A stretch of DNA of 20,000 bases from Catajapyx aquilonaris (Eukaryota): NCBI GenBank assembly GCA_000934665.2, contig KZ538817.1, positions 112,644 through 132,643 on the forward strand, read 5' to 3'. Positions 9,096-18,000 of this stretch are shown here, in pieces. The translations under genes and the position numbers were made by a program. The notes under the pieces were generated by a model, which was not told where the DNA came from, made no database searches, and was given only the letters and a program-made list of their open reading frames with translations. Position 1 is the stretch's first letter, and each line of letters starts with the position of its first letter.

Positions 9096-12000
9096 GTGAA
9101 TTATCACAACAATTATTGTGCATGCCCTGTGTTGGGACCGGTTGGGATGGGGTCCGCCAGTGTGATACCATCTGGTGACATGTTTCTTGGGTGGGTGCCA
9201 AACACTGGGGTGATTCAGTGCAGATTGGGATGTGTGTTGCAATCTGGTGTAAATTTACCTGCAGGATGTGCGCATGGATATAACCACTTCCCACTGGTAT
9301 TCCGTAACATTTGGTCAGGTTGGTGCGCAGGCCACACTTGTCGCATGGTCGAAGAGTGCGGTTGCACCTGAAAATGTTAAATTGTGAGTGATTCAGATGG
9401 CTTAGGACTTGAAACTAAAATGACACTATGGGCAGGAAGTACCAAACTTAGTAAAACAAATCCATCTATATTGCGCTCGTTATTAATTTATTGTTGACAG
9501 AAACTAACCAAAAATTGATAAGCGCAATCCCGCCACGTTTGTTTTACAGTGGTTTTGTGCTCCCTGCTTGCTCTTAGCGTGTAAGAAAATATGTGCAAAT
9601 CTGGTCACAATCCAAGGACATTTTTAAATAGGCAGTTTGGATATGCATGCAAGATTTGCAGTAGTTTTGACCTACCAAATAATTATTGTAAATGAAAAGC
9701 TGAATACTACTACTCTGGGCTACTAACTTGTCAGATTGGAGTATGAGCCATAAGGTCACCTCAGGCCAACAGAAGTTTTTTGGATGGAAAGTAAGGGTTT
9801 ATTGCACCTGTTCCCCCCTCTTCCGGTGCCACCCATTCCCTAGATTATTTACCCTCCACTGTCCTCCTTATTACTGTAGACCCTTTGCGTCATTCAGTAG
9901 GTAGGCCAGTATGGAGCTGAACTGACAACTCGAGCCAGGCTTGATTGTCGGAGACGAATTCCCCATTTCTGCACCCTGTGCCATTCCTCCCCAACAGCCG
10001 AACCTGGCCAACGCTCTGACACGTCAGCTGCACACGAGTCAGCTTGTAATACTCATTAGTTGACTTCAAAACTTTCAAGTGTTTTACTTTGGCTTGCTTT
10101 GCATCCATAATTTTCTGCAACACAATACAATCCAGGCTTACTTCCCAAATTATGCAATCAAAGTGAGCCCAAAAAAAAAGTTCTCTCCCTTCCTACCACT
10201 TCCATCTTTGTCTTGCCCAATTATTTTTTTAAACAATTATGTGAATTGAATGCGTACTGTCCTGACCTTGACTTTTTGGCATTCAAGTTTTCCATAATTT
10301 TCCGTCTCATCAGTAATGCAGAAGAAAAGTGTGCATTTTATAAAGGACTGCATGGAGTAGTGTTTACAAGAAAAATCTGCAAGAATGTTTAATGTACTGA
10401 TTTTTATTCTTTTTGAATGCAGTTGCAGAGAGCTACTGTTGAGGATAAGGAATGTGCTCTGAGCACCTTGGCACAGCATGTTGAGTGCCCCGAGTTCCAG
10501 GAGGAAATACTAAAGCATGACTTGATCCGCATTGTTGCTCCATTGCTGCTGGACACTAGCTGCCTAGTGCGACATGTTGCTGCTGGAGCGTTGAGGTAAG
10601 TTATAGGTCATACGATATGTGATTTGTTCTGTCAAATGCAAAACTATTTCTTTTTTTGCTTGAAGGAACTTGAGCACATGTGGAGAAGAAATGTGTGACT
10701 TCATGGTGGAGCAGGATGTCATGACATCCATTGTCGTGCTGCTGAAGCGGGTAGGTGAAAATTTCGTTACTGCAAGCATGTGGCATTCATGTTTAGATTG
10801 TGGTGATAAGGAGTGGGCTTATTTGTAGTGATTATTTGGTGATATGCTCAGAAATTCGTCACAGAAGTCTCAATTGTAAGGATTGCAGTTTTCCCCTAAG
10901 GGAGTTATGCTCTCATTGGTATAATAATTGGTGCAATAAGATCCTCTCTCATTATTATGCAACTGAATTACAATTAATGACTTTGTTTTATCATTTATGC
11001 TGAGGCAATGCTTGGTTCTCATTGTATTAATTTTTAATTTTGTATGCTTTTTATCATAACCACAACTAACAGCTAAATGTGAGTAACATGTATAGATGAG
11101 GAAACATTACAATTAATAAACAGGATTGTGGAATGAATTTTCAAATTAAGTTGCTGAGGATATTTTAATTGGTTCATTAATTTTTCTGTTGCAATATCAC
11201 ACCACAGCACAGGCATGAAGATTATTTTGAGCACTTGATACATGATCTTCTCTTATAACCCTGTAATGCCCCTTGGGTCATATCTGGCACACCATTTAGT
11301 GCAATTTGGCACTTACAGGAAATATAAAAATTGCAAAAATTGCACTAAATGGTGTGCCAGATATGACCCAGTGGGCATTACAGGGTTTTGCATGTGTGCC
11401 TTCTATTGAGCACCATCTGTAATATATGGGCTGAAAATTTTTTTATCCTCTCTCACTGGATCTGTTTCATCAGAACTCAAGACCTTATTAGTGCATTTTA
11501 GGGAAGCTGGCAATATGAGAAGCATATGATTGCAAAGTCTTGTGACGAAGGTTTCAAAAGGTAAAAACAACAATTGGCAGATCGCTAAGTTCCGCTAGTT
11601 GGCGCCTATTATCAGGAATTTAGGATCATAGCACTGACAACATTAAATACATGAAAGGTCATTTCAAGCATAGCAAGTTTTATAATTGAAGATGTGAGTT
11701 ACATGCCATGGCAGGTACAGGATGTTGACTGAATTCCTGAAGAATGAGGGCATGGGCAAATATTTGCGACGATTTTTTCTGCAATGTTTGAATAAAAATT
11801 TGACAAGTACAACCAATGACACTCATTGTGTCAGGGTATATCATCAAGTTGGACATTTACGAATAACACTGCAAAAGATTTGCCACACTCTGCATTAGAT
11901 GCGACTGGCGCGAAAATTCAAATGGAGATCCTCCTCTTCCCAAATATTCATCCAAAAGACGCCCCACCGTGATTCGTGACAAAAGCGGGTAGATAGGAGG

Positions 12001-15000
12001 AGACATGGCATTGTGGCTGTACGTATCTGGCAAGCCCCCTGAATTTTAGGGGGGAGAGAGAGGGTAGGTAGGTGGAGCAAAGGCGTCCCCGTTCGTCTTG
12101 GTAGGCGCTCCAGAGGCGTCTCCGGAGACGCCTGGGCTCGTTGGGGCGAGGGGCTGAAGACGGACTGCTTGCTTTGTGCGCCCGGATGAAGATTTAGCGG
12201 CGCAGGGAGCCAGCTGACGGCCTCGCGAATTACAGGCACCAGCCATTTGCGAGAACCCCCCCCTTTTCGCCATCCTTCCCCCCTTCTCCCTTCTGGGGGT
12301 TGCCGAGGAAGAGAAGGAAGACTACGCCGCAGACTTGGTCAAAATGAGGGATTCCAGGCTAGGTGCAAATGAAGGGTACGGGTAACCACCCCCGTGGAAT
12401 TATGCAAATGTATGCTGCGGAACGTGGGGGAAAAGGATGAGGCACGTGGGTGGGGAGCTGGTGGACACTTGTTGATTCAGCCTGGACCCTGGTCAAGCTG
12501 AGCCCGGATTTGTCGCAGAGAGTGGAGGAATCGTCCCCCACCTTGCTCTTGGGCGATATAGTATATGGTCATTTGATCCTAAAATCCGGTAATAATTATG
12601 ATTGTCTTTTCAACAGGTCTTATGTAGTGCAGGAAGGCGAAATAGCGGCAGGGTTGGAAAAGGAATGCATAATGGATGAAGCCAAATCCTCTTTCCAGGT
12701 GGGCAATGGAGGCGGCATTAGATTAGCAGATCTCCAGGTGGGGGGAGAGGCCGGGGAAGCAGGGGAAGGTCTGGGGAAAGGAGTACAAAATAAAATATGA
12801 AGTCATCACAAGAGGCGGGGTGGAGGCTAAGCCTTGAACCTCTGCAGGCTTGCAGAGGGACTTGCCAGGGGGGGCAGGGTTAGGTGGGCGGTGGGAGAGA
12901 GAGGGAGGGAGGGGGGGGGAGGAAATTGATGTCTCAAAACAGCTCGAAATCTCAGAGCTCATTTCCCAGTTTCAAAATCTTAAGATTTATGCAAAGCAAG
13001 TAAATGCATTTCAGGGCTCGCATATGTAAATCCCAGTCCCTTCAGTCATTAATGGCGTCCCTGGGGTCCCCTTGAGATCTGCTCTGCTTAACTTTAATGC
13101 GTTGGGAGTTGGCGGTTCCCTCAGCATAAGGATTAAACTCGCGCCTGCACTTCATCGCACTCCTCCGGGACTTTCTCCGGGACTCCGGGAAGTATTTCCT
13201 CCTTTTCTCCGGCCCCCAAGATTTAAGTTTGGGAATCCGCGCCGGGGACACACAAAAGAAAAAGGGAGGGAGGGCAAGATAGAGGAAATATTGTAATCCA
13301 GTCATATTTATATACCGGGGAAAAGGCACCTGAGAGGCCCTCCTCCCATCCGAATAAGGGGGGGCACTGGGAGGCGCTTTTTCCGGGAGGCGTTGCTGAC
13401 AGGGCCATCCGGAGTGATGGCTCCGGGGCTCATTCCCAGCTGATGGATGGCTCCCACGCAGCCTCGCCCGGATGACTCGTTGCCCCGGAATATGTCATTT
13501 TCGGCGCGAGGAGACCGCTCCTGGGAAATGAAACGCTGTTATGGATTTTAGTCCAAAGAGGAAAAGATGGGGCCCGGACTCGCCTGGGGATGCCCCTCAA
13601 GCCCTACAGCTACTCTCTTCTCTTTTTCCGGCCTCTCGCTAGCGCGGTCTCTTATGGGAGAGAGAGACCCCGGCATGAATGCATGGGGAAGGAGAGAGGG
13701 GGAGAGATAGATGGCGTGACAGACTCCCGACGGACCAATGCACTCTAATCAACCCCCACGTGATGAAGTGGTCATCTACACCGCCGGTGCAAAGACAGCC
13801 CGCAAGGACTGCTGGATGTGTCAGGTGCTGGCTTGCATGCTGCTATCAGCTTCCAGCCAGCCAATGCGGAATGGCAGGGGATTTTTTGGGGGGAGGACGT
13901 AGAAAACTACGCGTTTCAAGCTTTCGGGACGGGGTTTTTTTGGGGGGAAAGGGGTAAAGGTGGTAATTGGGTGGATTGGGATTGATGTTTTTGCGTGGTT
14001 TGTTGCCTGGTTTGGAGAGAAAGGGACTGGTTGGCGTGACGGGGCGTGACTCTTTCCTGCTGCTAATGGCCGGATGATTGAACTTGGGAAGTATTTGCGC
14101 CTCCAGTTTAGGCAACTGGCAACGCGTCTGCCGGTTGGGTTGCCCGAGTCTCAGGATAGCGATGGCCCGTCTCTATACTCTTGTAATGATCTGTAGCCGT
14201 TGTTTGGCGGCTCAAAGTCACATCAGAAAAGGGGGAGATGGATATGTTTTACCAATGTTGTACCTCTTGAACACTTTGGTGTCTTTGATATTATTTGCAA
14301 ATCTTCTATGGGGACCGTCCGGTACGAAGCGCAGGAAATTCATATATTCGTTCAATTTAGAATTAGGAACAAATTCAGTGTCAGTGAGATTTTCATATGG
14401 TAAATGGTATATGCAGCATATTCTTATGCAATTTGTGGTTCAGTTTTAAAGATAATGGAACTTCTGCCGTTGTGAAACTAGGAACATTAAGCTCGTGAAG
14501 CCAGTATTAGATTAGTAAGTAGGTCAGAATGGGTCAACTTGTGGGTTGCTGTGGCGCATATAGGTTACGTATTTGGAGAGTTGCTGAGACGCATTTAGAC
14601 CAAAACGGGGATTTACTTGGAATGTTGTAGTCGCTTGGTCTTTTCACACTCGACTGCCCCAACAATAATTATAATCCGGAGAGCAATTAATACCGTCTTA
14701 ACACATAGTGGGGTAGGAGACAACGTGGGTCTATTTGAATATTTCTGGAGCTCGGAGAAGGTGCGTGTGGCGGCCATGATTAGCCCACCTTTCCGAGCCA
14801 TATTTCGGAGAAGAACCGGCGGCGGGCCCTGATATCCGGGCTATGATTCACAGCCGGCTTCAGCTAATGTTTTCAGCGACCTTGCCTCATAACTCGGCGG
14901 CGTAATTTTCTATCCAGCAGCCACTAGCCAATTGCGCCTTAATTAGAGAGAGGCTGCTCTGGAATACTCGCACATTGTCTCGGGAGACAGGGGGTGAAAT

Positions 15001-18000
15001 ACAGCATCCTGTTATGCAGTATTGATGGTCTTGTGGGAAGGAGACTAATCCTTGGCAGTGCAATCCCGAGTCTGTATACCGGTTGCAGGGTGGAGGAGGA
15101 GGAGGAGAAGGAAGGAGGGGGATGTAATTTGACGCTGTGTTTAACTTGAGCTTCTGCGAAAATCCCAGGGTGGAGCCGAAGGGAGGGGACTTAGGAGGAA
15201 GTGGGGGTCAAAAGAGGAAGAAGATGGAGGAGCAGAAGAGAGAGGACACAAAGTCCTGTCTGTCCCCCTGCTGCCGCCTACAGCCCCCACCCCCTGCTGT
15301 GTTTGCGCGGACCCGTCCCCAAGTGCCAGATTGATATTAGGATTTCGCGACTGTTGAGAGAAACTTAGGCGAGATGCCTAAGGTATAGAGCGGTATAGAC
15401 CTTGGGGGGCTGAGGAGGAGGTAGGTGGGCGGGTGTAGGGACTGCTGTGTATATTTTGGCGGGGATTACTGAAACTTCCGGAAACAGCAGCCAGTTACTT
15501 CTCCGTAATCCCTGAGCAACTGTTAACCGTGTAATACCAATGTAAACCTGATTATACGAGGGGTATTCAGGAAGTTTGTTTGCGTCCCCAGAGCTCCGGA
15601 TGCATGCTTAGCGAGTTGATTGGAGAGCTCGGTATCCTTTTCGCGGGGGGGCGCCAATCCATTTGCATAAGTGTGGCTAATATTCCGGGAGAAATACCGG
15701 AAGAGTGGGCAACCCGGGCTGTCCCCTTGACTGGAGAGAGGGGCCACCCTCTGGTGGCGGTGCGACGTCTTATTTGCTATGCCCCAGGCGCGCAAACAGT
15801 GTGACCCTCGCGTGACATCTGTGTGTTGACTGAAGGTTGCTGCTCCTTGAAAGACTCATCAGGATGAGGTGGCCGTTCCTCCTGAGGGAGAGAGGGAGGG
15901 AAATGAAGAAGGGGGCAGAGGGCGGCTCCAACTCCGGGTGCAAGTTCCTCTTCTTGGCCCTACTTCTCTTCCTCGCCCGCTTGCTTAAACATTAAGCTCC
16001 TTCCTAAGTATCTTAAATGAACTCCCGTGGCACGTCGCTGCATTTTCATTTTCTGGGCGCAATCCCTCGGGACTAAAGGATTTACATTTCGTGAGTTTGC
16101 CATGAGACATGGGGCTTTGCACAGAGCAAAGGTGATTACGCCCCACAGCTGCAGCGAACTTGTCGGATGGAACTTATGGGAAACCTCCATCTCGCCCCGG
16201 CATTCTTTATCATTCTCTCAAATCAGAGGGGAGAGAGAGANAGAGAGAGAGAGAGAGAGAGTGAAAACTAGAGATTTAATGTTGGGGCTTAGCCTGGAGA
16301 TGGGATAGAAGAGGAGAGGGTCTCTTGGGGTACCCCCCCAGAGTGGGCCGGTGAAGGTTTTTGCTGACAAGATAGCAGACGCCAGGCGTTTTCTTATTCT
16401 CAGGTTCCGCAGACCATCACATACGGTGAGGAGGCTGGAGGGATTATCTTGGAAATCACCGCAGCCTTCCTCTCTTCTGTCTTCTCCTCTTCTGGCCCTC
16501 TCTCTTGCTTATGTGTAATTACGCTAATGCTGCCCAGGGAAAATTGAAATGCAGGCGATGTGGGAGGAAGGCAGCGCAGCTTTCATCTAAGTTATCTCCT
16601 GCCATTGCCACGCTGGGATGGAGATGGACCCCTCCCTCCCCTGCCTCCTCTGCTCTACCCCAATGCAGCTTCCAAAAGCTGAGTTCTCAGCAAGTTGCCT
16701 GAATTATTGACAAACAATCCCCTACTCACCTGCAGTTGCTAAGGTGCCCACTTTTTGGATGGAGGCAATTAGCAGAAACAATTTGGCTGTGTCAGACTCC
16801 CAGGGCCACAAGACGAGACTGGCCACGTTTCTGGTGCACTCAGACATAATTACATTTGACTTTGCAGGAGTATACCAACTGGGCGCCCAAAAGCAAGGCA
16901 GAGGATGGCCACGTCAAGTCTGACATGCAGACAGACACTTTCATCCAAGTGGTGAACCTCCTGTGGAATCTTTGGTATGCCTTTTTGTGGCTTTGGTCGC
17001 ACCCCAATTTGGAGTGATGCCTGCTTTGAATTTCAGTGAGAGTAACGATGTGGCTGTTAAAGTGTTCAACAGAGAAGGACTCCTTCCAATACTATTCAAC
17101 TACCTTGACACACAGGCAGCAGACCCAGAAATTCGCCTCTCTGTTGGTAAGCACCTATTAATTAGCTGCATAACTTTGTAGTTTAATCCTCCTCCTTTCA
17201 TTTCAGCACATTGTCTTCACACTGTGACAGAAGATAATCCAGGGTTGGTGGAACAGGGCAGTGAGTTGGAGAGCCACCTACAAAAGCAATTGCAGGTGGA
17301 AGGAGATTCGCCAGACATGCTGCTGTACAAGATTCTCATAACGGGGATAATCTTGAACTTCAGCTTAGGCAAGGCTGCCACTCTGGATCCCATTCTCCTG
17401 CACCAGGTGGTTGCTACAATTGCAGGCACGTTAGAAGAGGACCACAGACGAAGGGCAGGAGACTTTGCAGGATGTATTGTCTCTAGTGGTAGAAGTGGGG
17501 ATGCATTTCTGAAGAATGGGAAGGGTGAAGATATGGATTTGGATGGGACAACTACAAAGAAGTTTTTGCAAGCAGAGAAGGAGCTTGACCACTTTCTCAC
17601 TTCACAGCAGATTGCAGTGGAGACATTGACCAACTTGTGTTGCACTGAAGGTAAAGGGTCCTATATAAAATAATAACATCATTTATGCACTGGCTCTATC
17701 ATTGTTGGCAAAAATAGTACCACATGGAGCAGGGAAGAGGGAAAAGTAGATTTTTGTGAAGTAAGGGATTCTGCATAACATTGATAAGTAGAGAACGGAT
17801 TTCTAGGTTCTAAAAAACCCTCAAATAGGTCGGCATTTAGGCCCTGAAAACAGTCAAAATAGGCTCTTAAATAGGCACTATAAATCAAGCTGGTTCTAAT
17901 TTATTTTAATTTCTACACAATGGAATTTTGCAGCACAGTAACAAACTAGCAGTTATTCCATATTTTCGTTGGTTAATCGCAGCTTTTCGGCGACAGTTAA

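Noticed and set aside
8729..9371. Overlapping ORFs around HEATR3 exon 1 and read-through into intron 1
   Set aside because: GC-rich promoter-region artefacts; homology supports the ATG at 8928 and splicing at 9095.
11895..16702. Short ORFs in HEATR3 intron 3 as a nested gene
   Set aside because: All are 123 aa or shorter, low complexity, with no recognisable homology and no consistent exon chain.
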